From Octopus vulgaris (lineage: Eukaryota), in NCBI GenBank assembly GCA_951406725.2, contig OX597832.1:60946001-61010000 (forward strand): a DNA stretch of 64,000 nt, in the 5' to 3' direction. The translations under genes and the position numbers were made by a program. Of the stretch, positions 40,701-54,917 are shown one piece after another (positions within the stretch are counted from its first letter, which is position 1; each line of letters begins with the position of its first letter). The notes beneath the pieces were generated by a model. The model was given only the letters and a program-made list of their open reading frames with translations. It made no database searches and was not told the DNA's origin.

Positions 40701-41058
40701 GTGGAGGCGCAACGATCCAGAGTTTAGGGTAGCGGATTCGCGGTTTCGATTCCCAGACCGGTCGTTGTGAGTATTTATTGAGCGAAAACGCCTAAAGCTC
40801 CACGAGGCTCCGGTTGGGGGTGGTAGCGAACCCTGCTGTACTTTTTCACCACAACTTTCTCTCACTCATCTTGTTTCTGTTGTACCTTTACTTCAAAGAG
40901 CCACTGTGCACACTGTCACGCTGAACCTCCTTCAGAATAACATTAAGAGTACACGTGTCTGCGGAGTGCTCAGTCACTTGCACGTTAATTTCACGAGCAA
41001 GCTGTTCCGTTGATCGGATCAACTGGAACCCCTCGTCGTCGTAACCGACGGAGTACCA
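40701..41058 (+). mobile_element. SINE: family C head joined to family D tail
   Basis: Head matches 13663-13850; tail ..gttgatcggatcaactggaacccctcgtcgtcgtaaccgacggagt matches 32205-32330 and 58620-58790 (minus). Confidence 0.8.
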
Positions 41059-41196
41059 CGTGATACATGCATACACAAACACATAACTAACTTTTAAAAC
41101 GCCAACGAAGGGAAAGAAAGGTGAATGTGAGGAATACGTAGCTTCAAGGAGAGAGGGGTTAGGTGGCTTTTCTGCTGTTCATCACAAAGAATCACT

Positions 41197-41238
<42 letters not shown>

Positions 41239-42271
41239 CATACATACGTACATACATATATATATATATTTTTTTTCTATACACCATTTTAAACTCGTGA
41301 TTGCCTGTGTGTAAATATATGTGATTGTGTGTGTGACGTCCTATAACTGTCTGTCTCTATTTTTGTAGGGTCTTCCCTGTTTTTTTCACATATTGTGAAA
41401 TCTTAAAATTGCGTCAAAATTTTCAAATTTGGAATCTTGAAATAATTTTCCACGTTAAATCCGATTTCGTTACTTATTTGTTCTAGAAAAAATGTAGAAA
41501 AATGTTACCGCGGTTTAAAGTTTAATCAATTTTACCTAATCAGAAAACAGGATTTGGAAGCTGGCATTTTCTGCATGATAGCTGTCTATCACAAAATGAA
41601 AGCAAAATCATTACAAAGAGAAATTTTTATTAAACAAACGAAAGCAAAGCATTACGACAACCAAAGTTGTAAGAACTTCAGAAGCTTTAATAAGTATTAA
41701 TGACTACAGTCATGTGAAACGGCCAAATCGACCGCCGGTGGAATTTGAACACGGAACATCAAGAGCCAAAACAAATGCCACAAAGCATTTTCCCGATACC
41801 CTAACGATTCTGCCACATCACCATCCATTTTGAATTTATTGATTCCCAGCACTGGACGATCTGTTGTCACCTGTCTATTGTCTTTTACTTGTTTCAGGTG
41901 TTAGATTGCGGCCATGCTGGGGCACCGCCTTCAAGAATTTTTAGTCAGAAGATCAACCCCAGAACTTTGTCTGCTTTTAAAAGGCTGGTACTTATTCTAT
42001 CGATCTCTTTAGCCGAACCGGAAAGTTACGCGGACATAAACAAACCAACACCAGTTGTCAAGCGGTGCGGATATATATATATATGTTCTTTTTATATTCT
42101 TTTATTTGTTTCAGTCGTTTGACTGCGGCCATGCTGGAACAACACCTTTAGTCGAACAAATCGACCCCTGTACTTATAAGCCTTGTACTTATTCTATCGG
42201 TCTCTTTTGCCGAACCACTAAGTTACGGGGACCACTAAGTTACAGGGATGTAAACGCACCAACATCGGTTG

Positions 42272-42639
42272 CCAGACTTGACAGACCCGGACTTTTTTTG
42301 CGAGGATACCTGAAAGAGAGGGTTTACGTCAACAAAATCGGAGACCCTGGTGCAAATGAAGGAGAACATCAACAGAGAAATCAGAGAAGTGGGGTCTGAA
42401 ACCCTTGAGGGTGTTAAGGTGCAAGTTTTGGAAAGAGCATGGGTGTGCGAAGCCAAAAATGGCTGCCATTTAAGCGATGTCATTTTTCATATGTGATGTG
42501 GTGGTGTTACAAAATCTGACTTGTGCATATTAAATTTCCATTCTGTCCTTTATATTATATCAAAATTTCATGATTTTAGTTGTAAAGTTAAGGAAGTTAT
42601 TAAAAATTGAAACCCATGACTGACTTTTGGCACACCCTG
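42272..42639 (+). pseudogene. Tc1/mariner-superfamily transposase 3' fragment plus TIR
   Basis: Frameshifted PDLTDPDFF.RGYLKERVYVNK.ETLVQMKENINREIREV..CEAKNGCHLSDVIF*; ends ttttggcacaccctg|TA. Confidence 0.8.
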
Positions 42640-43100
42640 TATATACGACGAGCTTCTTTCAGTTTCCGTCTACCAAAACTTCTCATAAGGCTTTGGTCAA
42701 CTCGAGGCTATAGTAGAAGACATTTGCCCAAGGTGCCATTCAGTGGGACTGAACCCGGAACCATGTAGTAGGGAATATATCATATTTATACGATGGGCTT
42801 CTTTCAGTTTCCGTCTACCAAATCTACTCATAATGCTTTGGTCGACCCGAGGCTATAGTAGAATATATTTTCCCAAGGTGCAATTCAGTGGGACTGAACC
42901 AGGAACCATGTGGTTGGGAATATATCATATGCATATATACGATGGGCTTCTTTCAGTTTCCGTCTACCAAATCCACTCACAAGGCTTTGGTCGGCCCGAG
43001 GCTATAGTAGAAAACATTTGCCCAAGGTGCTACGCAGTGAGACTGAATCCGGAACCATATAGCTGGGAAGCAACCTTCTTACCACACAGCCACACATGCG
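42640..43100 (-). repeat. Three tandem copies (~150 bp) of the family B SINE head
   Basis: Units start near 42641, 42787 and 42935, with a shared junction gggaatatatcatat. Confidence 0.85.
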
Positions 43101-43324
43101 CCAATTTTTTTTTTGTATCTAATTAAATCATATCTAAGGGCGAAAAGCAAAATCTTCAAATCCTCAACTGGGATTTGAAACCCGATCGTACAGAGACGAA
43201 ACTAAGTAATGCAGTACATTTGTAGTCCGTTCCTCTACCAATCTTTACTTCGTAATACATACAGACACCGTTCCACAGACAAAGAACACTTAGACCCCTC
43301 TCTGCCCCTATGTTCTACCTCATC

Positions 43325-43374
<50 letters not shown>

Positions 43375-43539
43375 TTTCCTTCTCCGTCTCGTATTGATAA
43401 TCACGCAAACGGCGTCTGTGTAAATTTATCAATACTGTTAAAAATGTATTTTTTAACGAATCTTTAAGCAACGTCATACACCAACAACGACAGATTTATA
43501 CCGGTAGCGATAAAAAAAAAACAAAAAAAAAACTCGCGA

Positions 43540-43576
<37 letters not shown>

Positions 43577-43948
43577 TTTGTGTGTATGTATGTATATATA
43601 TACAAATGTAAGTATATATACAAATATACATACATATATACATATATATACATATATATATATGTACACACACATATATATTTGTATATATATATACATA
43701 TATATATACTTATATATATATGTATGTAGTTATACAAATGTAAGTATATATACACATATACATACATATATAAATATATATGTATACATGCATACATAAC
43801 CTGTATATATATATATATATATATATATAGGTTATGTATACATGTATATATATATATAGATGTAAGTATATACGTACTGTTATGTATATATACACACATA
43901 TATATCCATATATTACACATACATATAAACACACACTATTACATGCTC

Positions 43949-44000
<52 letters not shown>

Positions 44001-44185
44001 CTTTGAGGGAAAATAAAATACACAGACTGCAAAAAGTAAGTTGCTGCCGCAAACATCAAAGATTTCTGTTGCTTTTATTCTCTTTTCTTATGTTTGTTAA
44101 TTTGTTATTTTTTTTCCTTCTGTGGATTCCACTCCAATGCTAACCAAAGCAAGACCAATGCAAATTTCTCGTTTTAGCTTTTACC

Positions 44186-44232
<47 letters not shown>

Positions 44233-44741
44233 ACACACATACATACATGCATGCATACATACATGCATACAAAATACATACATGAATACATACATACATA
44301 TATGAATACATACATATATGAATACATACATACATACATACATACATGAATACATGTATACATGAATACATATATACATACATACATACATACATACATA
44401 CATGAATACATGTATACATACATACATATATACATACATACATACATACATGCATACATACATGAATACATGTATACATACATACATATATACATACATG
44501 TATACATACATACATACATGCATACATACATATATACACACACATACATAAATAGATGCATACGCACATATATGCATACATACATACATGCATACATACA
44601 TACAAACAGAAATACAAATATATAAACATATGCACTAAGGTAGATAAATACACACACACACATATATATGTATGTATGCATGTTTATACGCGTAAGTAGG
44701 TATATGTGTATGCGTGTATGTATGTGTTCCATACACATACA

Positions 44742-44784
<43 letters not shown>

Positions 44785-44851
44785 AACCGTATGTGTATGG
44801 AACACATACACTCGAACACACACATACATATATATACATACACACACACAC

Positions 44852-44886
<35 letters not shown>

Positions 44887-44937
44887 CGTTATACAATGTC
44901 CAACAACTCTCCGACCCTCTATCTCTTTATCTCTTCC

Positions 44938-44981
<44 letters not shown>

Positions 44982-45838
44982 TACAAACACATACACAATA
45001 TACTGTAATCTTATATCCAATCGCTTACACACACACACACTTACACACACATATATATACATAGACATACACACACACACATACACATACATGGATGAGA
45101 GGAGATCAGAAGGCGGTGAATATTCTAATTACAAAGGATAAAAGCTATATTACCGCCGCCACCATCACCACCACCACCACTATCACCACTATCATCATCA
45201 TCATCAACTGCCACTTGTACTGCAACCATCCAACTACTACCGCTACTATCTACCAACCACAACTAACAAGAGCAACACTCCACCCACCCCTAACCTACCC
45301 CACCTCATCCCGCTTCACCCCACTCCCCATCCCACCCGCTTCTACCTGTAAACGCCGGTTACCATCATCAATCACGTCGCCGATTCACACCACCATTAAC
45401 TACAAGTAACCACCACCACCACCACCACCATCACCACCTCCTCCTCCTCCACCATCCAGCCAACCAATGCGACTGACACGACTGTCATCTATCATGTTAC
45501 TCACCACTTTCACCACCAACGCCGCTGCCACCTCTACTATCACCACTGTGACAACGACGACCATCACCACCACCACCACCACCATCACCGCTACCGCCGC
45601 CGCCGCACCAACCGATATCGCAACCAGCAACAGGCACCGTCCTCACCACCGCAACCACTACGACAACCACCACCACCAATACCAACGACAACGATGTCAA
45701 AAAGCCTCTATGCGGTCACTGGACATGCTCGAAGTAACAGCCAAATCTTACTCCAGTAATAATACTCTGTCATCTTAAAATATGAAGAACACTTTGGATA
45801 ATGCGATTCTACGTACGTGAAAAAATATGTTTCAAAAA

Positions 45839-46443
45839 AGGCGGCGTGCTGGCAGAAACTTTAGCACGCCGGGCGAAATGCGTAGCCGTATTTTGTCTGC
45901 CGTTACGTTCTGAGTTAAAATTCCGCCGAGGTCGACATTGCCTTTCATCCTTTCGGGGTCGATTAAATAAGTACCAGTTACGCACTGGGGTTGATGTAAT
46001 CGACTTAATCCGTTTGTCTGTCCTTGTTTGTCCCCTCTGTGTTTAGCTCCTTGTGGGTAGTAAAGAAATAGGTATTTCGTCTGCTGCTACGTTCTGAGTT
46101 CAAATTCCGCCGAGGTCGACTTAGCCTTTCATTCTTTCCAGTTGCGTACTGGGATCGATCTAATCCACTAGCCCTCTCCCACAAAATTTCGGGCCTTGAT
46201 CCTAAAGTAGAAAAGAATATTTTAAAGGCGGTGAGCTGGTAGAAACGTTAGCGCACGCCGGGCGAAATGCTTAGCAGTATTTCGTCTGTCTTTACATTCT
46301 GAGTTCAAATTCCGCTGAGGTCGACTTTGCCTTTCATCCTTTCGGAGATGGATAAATTAAGTACCAGTTGAGTATTGGGGCCAATCTAATCGACTGCCCC
46401 CCCCAAAAAAAACTTTCGGGCCTTGTGCCTAGAGTAGAAAAGG
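45839..46443 (+). mobile_element. SINE family A cluster (dimer 45839-46219, monomer 46225-46443)
   Basis: Three gagtt(c/a)aaattccgc.gaggtcgac cores in tandem. Confidence 0.85.
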
Positions 46444-46469
46444 TTATATATGTCTCAAAACAATAATAA

Positions 46470-46860
46470 TGATCCTTTCTACCATAATCTCAAGGTCTAA
46501 AATTCTGGGTGACGGGGCCAGTCGTTTAGATCGGTCCCAGTACGTAACTGCTACTTAATTTATCGGCCCCGAAAGGATGAAAGCGCATGCCTTTCGACTT
46601 CGGCGGAATTCGAACTCAGAACGTAGCGACAGACAAATACCTATTTCCTTACTACCCACAGAGAGGACAAACAAGGACAGACAAACGGATTAAGTCGATT
46701 ATATCGACACCAGTGCGTAACTGGTACTTATTTAATCGACCGCGAAAGGATGAAAGACAAAGTCAACCGCGGCGGAATTTGAACTCAGAACGTAGCGACG
46801 GACGAAATGCCGTTAAGTATTTTGCCCGGTGTGCTAACGATTCTGCCAGCTCGCCGCCTT
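46470..46860 (-). mobile_element. SINE family A dimer, inverted relative to 45839-46443
   Basis: Ends ..ttctgccagctcgccgcctt, the reverse complement of the family A head. Confidence 0.85.
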
Positions 46861-46973
46861 AATGACAATAATAATAAAACTGGAGTGAGAGTCACGGCTG
46901 GTAACGCGTTTGCCGAAGTTATACTCAGCCAGAAATGAACCGGTGTTTGATACCATTCACGCACATTATCTGT

Positions 46974-47078
<105 letters not shown>

Positions 47079-47369
47079 CGTGTGTGTGTTTTCTTCCAAA
47101 TATAACAAACTCGATGCATCTTATTCAATTTACATTTATTAGGAGCATAATTCAATCGTTTTTTCAAAATTTCAACCTTCATTTTGTAGAAAATATCATG
47201 TTTCATTATGTATGTGTACGAGTCCCATGTATGTGTACGAGTCATAAAAAATTACTCACTTTTCTGCAAGTTATGAGTTAACAAGGCCGATTCGTATGAA
47301 TTTTCCGAAACTCTCCAGCTCCACCTGCGAAATGCAATTTTCTCCACAAATTCCTATCTAAACAGAATC

Positions 47370-48330
47370 TACACCATCTGAAGGGTATTTGAAGAAAATT
47401 TCATTAAAGAAAATCCGTTCTTCTGAAAGTTATGAGGAAACAAAGTCGTGATGGGTGGTTCACTTGTGTCGGTATCCCATTCCTGAAAATTGTCCGTCAT
47501 TTGACTGAACAGGAGGAAATCGGAGTGCGTCAGATCCGGAGTATGCGGTGGACAGGACAAAATGTACCTGTCCATTCCGCTGATCGTATGATTTGTTGCC
47601 AAAGGCGAATGATTTTGCCATTTAATGGTAAATGCAGATCAATTTTTAGATTCTTGTTTGGTCTCTTCCTCCTAATATCTTCTTGAAATATTTTTCAATG
47701 TCTCAGTGTACAGCTCACTGTTCATAGTAAAACCACGTTTCAACGAATATGATACCCTTGTCTTCATCCTCATCATCATCATTTAGCGTCCGCTTTCCAT
47801 GCTAGCATGGGTTGGACGGTTCAACTGGGGTCTGTGAAGCCAGAAGGCTGCATCAGGCCCAGTCTGATCTGGCAGTGTTTCTACGGCTGGATGCCCTTCC
47901 TAATGCCAACCACTCCGTGAATGTAGTGGGTGCTTTTTATGTGCCACCCGCACAGGTGCCAGACGGAGCTGGCAACGGACACGAACGGATGGTGCTTTTA
48001 CGTGCCACCGGCACCAAAAATAAAAATAAAAAAAGTCACCGTATCTTCCTTTCCCGATCGCTGAACTTTAACTTCTTGGCCTTTGGAGAAGCGTGGCGCT
48101 TTTCTATGGACTTTTCTATTCACTTCCGGATCATAAATATACGTTCACGATTTCGTCCCGTGTCACCAGATCGGAAATAACGGTCTTGGGTGGCTTCAAA
48201 GCTTCCTGCAAATCAGAGGTGACTTTCACACTTCTCTTCTAAAGTCGAGTGCTAACTGCCGAGGTGCTCACTTCGAGAACACTTTCAGAAAACCAACATT
48301 TTCTACAGTCCAGTTGTGCAGCAGGCTCAC
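47370..48330 (-). pseudogene. Mariner transposase fossil interrupted by another repeat
   Basis: Minus strand LVTRDE (IVTGDE motif) near 48160 and CPPHTPDLTHSDFLLF (HPPYSPDLAPSDF motif) near 47530. Confidence 0.75.
47762..48015 (-). mobile_element. SINE/LINE-tail repeat with (ATG)n end
   Basis: Contains tttctacggctggatgcccttcctaatgccaacc and a terminal (CAT)n; splits the mariner fossil. Confidence 0.65.
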
Positions 48331-48887
48331 CAGTTGGGACTCATCTGTCTACGACAGTCCGTTCGTCCACTCGCTGCAGGTTCCGGTCAATGGTTGCAAG
48401 TGATCCTCTCCTATTGCTTGGTTAGTTTTCAATGCTGCTTTTCTCTTCTTTAAAGTTCTCCATCTGTCTCTCCCTCGCTCTTGTCAATTGTGTCTTCTCC
48501 ATAAACAGTTTGTGATCTTCTGTAGGTTTTAGAAACCCTGCACTCCTCCCTTCGTCAAAAAAAATCAATGACGTCATGGAGTGTTACGATACAGAATGAG
48601 TTATTCTCTCAACATTTGCAATTTGAACGACTTCCGTTAATAAAAGAAGTTCTGCTCGGCTTTTTCATTTCGTTTGGTACAACCCTCATCTCTCCCACAC
48701 GCCATGATAGATCGTTAGGCTCTACACACATTTTTTTTTTCTCTCCTTGTTTTTTCTGTGTCCCTTTCTGTAGAAGAGCGTAGGCTCAAAACGTAAAAGA
48801 CTTTTTTCTATTCCTGTGCGTTAAACTAATACATCTGTTTGTTTTGTACACCACCTGTCTTCGTCTTTTGTTTTTTTCGTAAACTTT

Positions 48888-48952
<65 letters not shown>

Positions 48953-49166
48953 CATATCTATGTATGTATATGACAGAAAATGGAATTAACGAGATTCTAT
49001 ATTCAAAACCACTAGAATCGATTCGACGAGTTCTCACACCTGTACTTCTTAGGCGAGATGTTGTTCAATGCATCTCCTCAGGTGACTGTTTAAACATGGT
49101 CCTCACAGAATCCTCTCGATATTTTATTCAGTTTAATAATGTATACCTAGATTGATATGATATTCC

Positions 49167-49268
<102 letters not shown>

Positions 49269-49271
49269 TAT

Positions 49272-49429
49272 AAGGGTAGCTGTGTGGTAAGAAGTTTGCT
49301 TTCCAATTGTATGGTTCCGGGTTCAGTCCCACTGCGTCACACCTTGGGCAAGTGTCTTCTACTATAGCCTTGGGCTGACAAAAACCTTCAGTGGATTTGG
49401 TTGAAAGAAACTGAAAGAAGCCCGTCGTC

Positions 49430-49492
<63 letters not shown>

Positions 49493-49695
49493 ATATATGT
49501 AAGAGAAAGAGAGAGAGAAAGCGAACCGTTATTGGTTTGTTTACATCCCCGTAACTTAACTGTTTAGCGAAAGAGATAGATTAGACTAAGTATCAGGCTT
49601 AAAAGGAAAGTAGTGGGGCCGATTCATTCAGCAAAAAATGCTTTGAGCGTTGCCCAAGCATGACCGCAGTCTAGTAACTGAAAGGAGTAAAAGAT
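49272..49695 (+). mobile_element. SINE family B, full length, diverged
   Basis: Head gctgtgtggtaag..gggttcagtcccactgcg..ccttgggcaagtg, (TA)(TG) middle, family B tail. Confidence 0.8.
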
Positions 49696-49709
49696 AATAA
49701 TAATAATAA

Positions 49710-49912
49710 TCTTTTCAACTAAAGGCACAAGGCCTGAAATCTTGGGGGAGGGGACTAGTCAATTACATCGATCCCAGTGTTTCACTGGTACTTAATTTAC
49801 CGACTCCGAAAGGATGAAAGGCCAAGTCGACCTCGGTGGAATTTGAACTCAGAACGTAAAGATGGATGAAATATTGCTAAATATTTTGCACGGCGCGCTA
49901 ACGCTTCTGCCA
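49710..49912 (-). mobile_element. SINE family A
   Basis: Reverse complement of family A with the alternative tail. Confidence 0.8.
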
Positions 49913-51289
49913 TCGCAATATAGACATATACTTACGTAAATATAAGCACACACACGCGCGCGCACACACCTGTATATATTTATGTGTTTCTGACATTGGC
50001 ACTCATCCATACAATCTCATCTTTATTTTTATGCGGTGTATATAAAAATATATAGTTGGTACGACCTTAGTATCTGAATGGTACATTATTTTATCAACCA
50101 CCATCACCACCACCACCACCACCACCACCACCACCACCACCACCGCCACCGCCACCAGCACCACCACTCTTCTCCTCCTCCTCCTCCTCCTCCTCCTCCT
50201 CCTCCACGTCCTCCTCCTATCACTACTAGTTCTACTTTTCTTTGTAAATGATGAAAGGCAAATTCGATTCCGGCAGGAATTGTACCACACAACTTGGCGG
50301 AACGAAAGTAAATATTGCAAGGCGTTTTGCCCGTCTCTTTACCAATTCTAGTGCACTGCTGCACCATTTTTTCTTTTCGCAGAAACACACGTTAAAAAAA
50401 ATCCAAAAAAAAGAAGCAAAATAAATAAAAAAATTAATGAAAGGGAAAGAAAGTATAAAGTAATGAAAAGGAAAAAAAAAAGAAAAGAAAGATGTATAAA
50501 AAAATATACATAAAGATTTTTTTTTGGCAGAATCTCAATGAAGTGACATTAACACTAACGACTTGGACTAATTTACATTAATTAAATGACTTTTATTCAA
50601 CATTATAGCCATAATGTGTGAAACAACAAATAAATCCTATGATATTTATTAAAATACAAGGATTTCAAAACGAGCAGACGATCACGTTTTTTTCTTGTCT
50701 TTCTTCGGAGAGTTTGTCTAGAGGAAGGAGAAAAAAAAAATGGAAAGAAAAAAAAGGACAAAGAATTTGTCTGCAAGGTTTTTTTTAGAAATTTTCTATT
50801 TATTCATTTATTTATTTATTCATTTTACCTTTTACTCGTTTAAAGCCATTGGACTCCGGCCATGCTGGGGTACCGCTTTGAAGGTTCTTTAGTCGAACAA
50901 ATCTTTTCTTTTTTAAAGTCTGGTATTTATTCCATCGTTTTATTTTGTCGAACCGCTAGGATTACCTGGACGTAAACAAAGCAACGAGGTAGACGGTGGG
51001 GATAATATGCAACATCAGGCAAACAGTGGATTGATTTAATGGGACTTATCCTACCCCCACCAAAAAATAATAGATGAATAAAAAGTAAAAATGACCAGGT
51101 CTTGTGTCTAAGAGCAACTGTTAAAAGTAACCCTTAACCGACAACGCCAAGATTTGAACCCGGAATAAATATTGCGAGGTATTTTGACTGACATTACACC
51201 GATTCAAATAGTCACTACTGCAAAATAATATTGATTTATAGAACCAACGAGAGCGGAATCCATTTAATCATTGTGAATGAAACCCTTGA

Positions 51290-51580
51290 CTTCTCTCACA
51301 CAAAACAGTCACGGTGACTTTCTGTGCCATCGCTGAATTTTTAACTTCTTGGTCTTTTGGAGAAGTGTGGTGCCTTTCCATGGACCGAGCATTCATTTCG
51401 GAATCATAAAGATGCGTTTACGATTCGTCCCGTGTCACTAGATCCGAAATAACAGTCTTGAATGGTGTCAAAAGCTTCCGGCAGATCAGTACAGACATTT
51501 ACACTTCTTCAACTCGGGTATTGACTGTTGAGTTACTCACATTGAAAACATTTTCAGAAAACCAACATTTTCTCCAGGCC
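51290..51580 (-). pseudogene. Second copy of the mariner fossil segment
   Basis: Aligns with 48035-48320 (ttttaacttcttgg..tttggagaag..tcgtcccgtgtcac..cagaaaaccaacatttt). Confidence 0.7.
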
Positions 51581-51704
51581 TAGGTGCACCTATCTATGCC
51601 ACTGATTCTTACAAATATATTTCAACGGTTTTAGAAAATTCTCTCAACTGGTTGAGTATCTCTGAAAAAAAAATCTCTGAATATCTCCAAACAATTTTGT
51701 AAGA

Positions 51705-51930
51705 CACGAATATTATCAACGGAACTAACGGGTAGGGGACCTGGAGGTAGACCAAGAACAAGAAGGTTGGATAAATAACCATAACTTCAGTTGGTCACGC
51801 TTGAGAATGTAGCTGGAAGGTGTAATGACCTTTGCTTTTGATAGGACCCAATGGAGGAGCAGCTTGAGGACTCTACCCACCGAACATCCAAAGAACAGTG
51901 GATGGAGAAGAGGGTAGACAAATAGGATAG
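51705..51930 (+). pseudogene. RTE-clade LINE 3' fragment
   Basis: G..PGGRPRTRRLDK..AFDRTQWRSSLRTLP resembles RTE 'GRPR.RW.D....A.DR..WR'. Confidence 0.6.
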
Positions 51931-52165
51931 CTAAAACAAAACGGAAATAGATTTTATTTACTCTTTTACTTGTTTCAGTCATTTGACTGTGGTCATGCTG
52001 GAGCACCGCCTTTAGTCGAGAAAATCGACCACAGGACTTATTCTTTGTAAGCTTAGTAGTTATTCTATCGGTCTCTTTTGCCGAACCGCTAAGTTACGGG
52101 GACGTAAACACACCAGCATCGGTTGTCAAGCGATGCTGGTGGCACAAATACAGACACACAAACAT

Positions 52166-52248
<83 letters not shown>

Positions 52249-52252
52249 CATA

Positions 52253-52562
52253 CTAGCAGTATCGCCCGGCGTTGCTCGGGTTTGTTTCAACCATTTAGAA
52301 TTGGAATTTTTGAAAAGTAAAACTTTTGCCTTATGTAGCTTGTTATTCTCTTTAAGTGAATATTTTTCTGGTTGAAATACACCGAAAAATGGCGACACAG
52401 CAGTCAAAAAATCGTAAAAAATAGTTATTTTATAGAAAAAAAAGCACCTTTTTGATGTAAATAATTTTTGGTGTTAACATGGTCCGATTTGAATTTTTCT
52501 TCTACGGAAGGAAGAGCAAGCCTTCTTCTATCATACTCTCAAATTTTGGTCAACTTGCGCCG
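52253..52562 (-). mobile_element. Helitron 3' portion
   Basis: A|CTAGCAGTATCGCCCGGCGTTGCTCGGG is the exact reverse complement of the 3' end of the Helitron at 10292-10798. Confidence 0.8.
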
Positions 52563-53114
52563 CCACCAACACCAACAACAACATATTGATCTCCACCACT
52601 GGGGCAAATGCAACACACTCTTTGAAGAAGCGGGTGAGTAGACAAAACAAAAACAGTTGCTTGAAATAAACTATATATATAAAAAAAACACACAGTTATT
52701 ACAAAATATTTCAAATATTTCTGTCTTAAAGCATCCTTAATATTTACAAAATTGCTGCAAATTTGAAATAGATAATAGCTTTTCGTAAACCTTAAACCAT
52801 TTTAGAAACCATAATGACGATTTTATTAATAATCACAAATGTGGGTTAATTAGAAAGATTTCAGATACAATAAAACTTCAAAATTGAAATTAAAAAAAAA
52901 CGAACAACAATTTCTCTTTAGTCACGGAATCATAATATCTTCGACAATGACGGCGAGCTGGCATAATCGTTAGCATGTCAGACAAAATGCTTATCAATAT
53001 TTCGTACGGCTCTTTCTGTTCCAGGTTCAAATTTTGCCGAGTCAACTTTGCCCTTCATTCGTTCGGGGATACTAAAATAGAGTACCAGCCAAGTGCTGGG
53101 GTCAATGTAATCCC

Positions 53115-53298
53115 AAAACTGTTGGCCTTGTGTCAACCGTTCCCTTAAAATTGTCGGTCTTGTCTCAACCGTTTCCCAAAAATTGTCGGCCTTGTCTCAA
53201 CTGTCACCCTAAAATTGTTGGCCTTGTGTCAACCATTCCCCTAAGAAGGTCCGCCCTGTGTTAACCGTTCCTGTAAAATTGTCAGCCTTGTGTCAAAA
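53115..53298 (+). repeat. Minisatellite, ~32-bp unit x ~6, derived from a SINE A tail
   Basis: Unit aaaattgtcggccttgtgtcaaccgttcccct directly follows a family A copy (52950-53112). Confidence 0.9.
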
Positions 53299-53403
53299 TA
53301 TGGAACCATTAAAAGCAGCTGGCAGAATCGTTGGACAAAATGCTTTTCAGCATTTCTTTTCGCACTTTACATTCAGAATTCAACTCCCGCCAGTCAACTG
53401 TGA

Positions 53404-53537
53404 ATTACTGGTTTGAACCCTCTAAGGATCAATCTCAAAGATCGCCCCTCAAAATTACTGGTTTGGACTCTGCAAGGACCAACCTCAAGGATCGCCCCTC
53501 AAAATTACTGGTTTGAATCCGCCAAGGACCAACCTCC
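53404..53537 (+). repeat. Minisatellite, 50-bp unit x ~2.7
   Basis: aattactggttt..aaggaccaacctcaaggatcgcccctcaa repeated. Confidence 0.9.
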
Positions 53538-53848
53538 TGTTCAGGGAAATGTTGTTACCTACTTCACTGAAATCAGGTAACCAGTCTCATGAGTCTGAGG
53601 GCCAGAGGAAAAAATGTTTCCGCCACGGTGCCTTTCACCGGTATAAACAGCGAACATCATTGTAATTTTACGCAATTTGATATTGTAAATTTTTTTAGTC
53701 GAACAAATCTACCCAAAGTCTTATATTTCAATTGGTCTCTTTTGCTAGAAGCGCTAAGTTACAAGGACGCAAACAAAATAATACCGGTAGTCAAGCGGTG
53801 TGTGTGTGTGTGCGTGTGTGTGACAAACTGAGACACAAAGACACGCTC

Positions 53849-53886
<38 letters not shown>

Positions 53887-54036
53887 GATAAGTTTCCATA
53901 CAGTTTCGGTCGATTAAATTCACATTGGTCGGCTCGGGGCTGAACCCAAAACCTTATGGTCACATAGCGAACTTCTTAATCACATAGCCATGACAGCGCC
54001 TCTGTGTGTATGTGTGTATACGTGTGTGTTATATGT

Positions 54037-54067
<31 letters not shown>

Positions 54068-54467
54068 CGCACACATGTATACGCAGTCTTTCCTACTTAC
54101 TTCAGAGATTCTATCGATAAATAAGCGACAAATAAATACAAAAACAAAATCGCATGAATCCAGAATGACAGAGGTTAGTCACCAAACTAATCATAGACCC
54201 ATTAACTGGGGTACGGTGACGGTGGTGGTGTGTGAGGGGTGGGGGGGGTGATGATGGCGGTGAAGAAGTACGGTGGGGGGGAAGGATGCGGTGTACAGGA
54301 AATCAACTTCTCTAACCCCCCCCCCACCCACCGGCACCACCACTACAAACACACACACACACACAAACACACACACGCACTCTCTTTCTCTCTCATTCAT
54401 TCTCTGTATTTCTCCCAGGAATACACGCCCGCACGCGCACATCACACAACACACACACACACACACA

Positions 54468-54499
<32 letters not shown>

Positions 54500-54868
54500 C
54501 ACACACACACAGAGTCTCTGCATTTCTCTCATTCACACGCGCTGAGAGATCCACACACACACATAGTCTCTTACATTCTCTCTCGCCCCCTCTCTCTCTC
54601 CTTCCCTGTCTATCTCTCTCTCTCTCTATCACAATATTCTCTCATTAATGCACATTCACATACACTCTCTCTCTCTCTCTCTCTCCCTCATACATGCACA
54701 CAATCTGTATTTCTGTCACTCATACGCACATTAAGACATTCACACAAACACACGCAATCCCTCTCTCTGTCTCCTCTTTCTCTCTCTCTCTCTCTCTCGC
54801 ATACATGCACGCAATCTGTACATCTCTCGCTCATACACACACACAGTATGACACGCACACATTCACAC

Positions 54869-54917
<49 letters not shown>

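Noticed and set aside
44174-44849. ORFs of 161-222 aa
   Set aside because: Same microsatellite artefact.
53115-53298. CRISPR-like regular ~32-bp repeats
   Set aside because: Units are contiguous with no unique spacers, no cas genes are present, and the context is eukaryotic.
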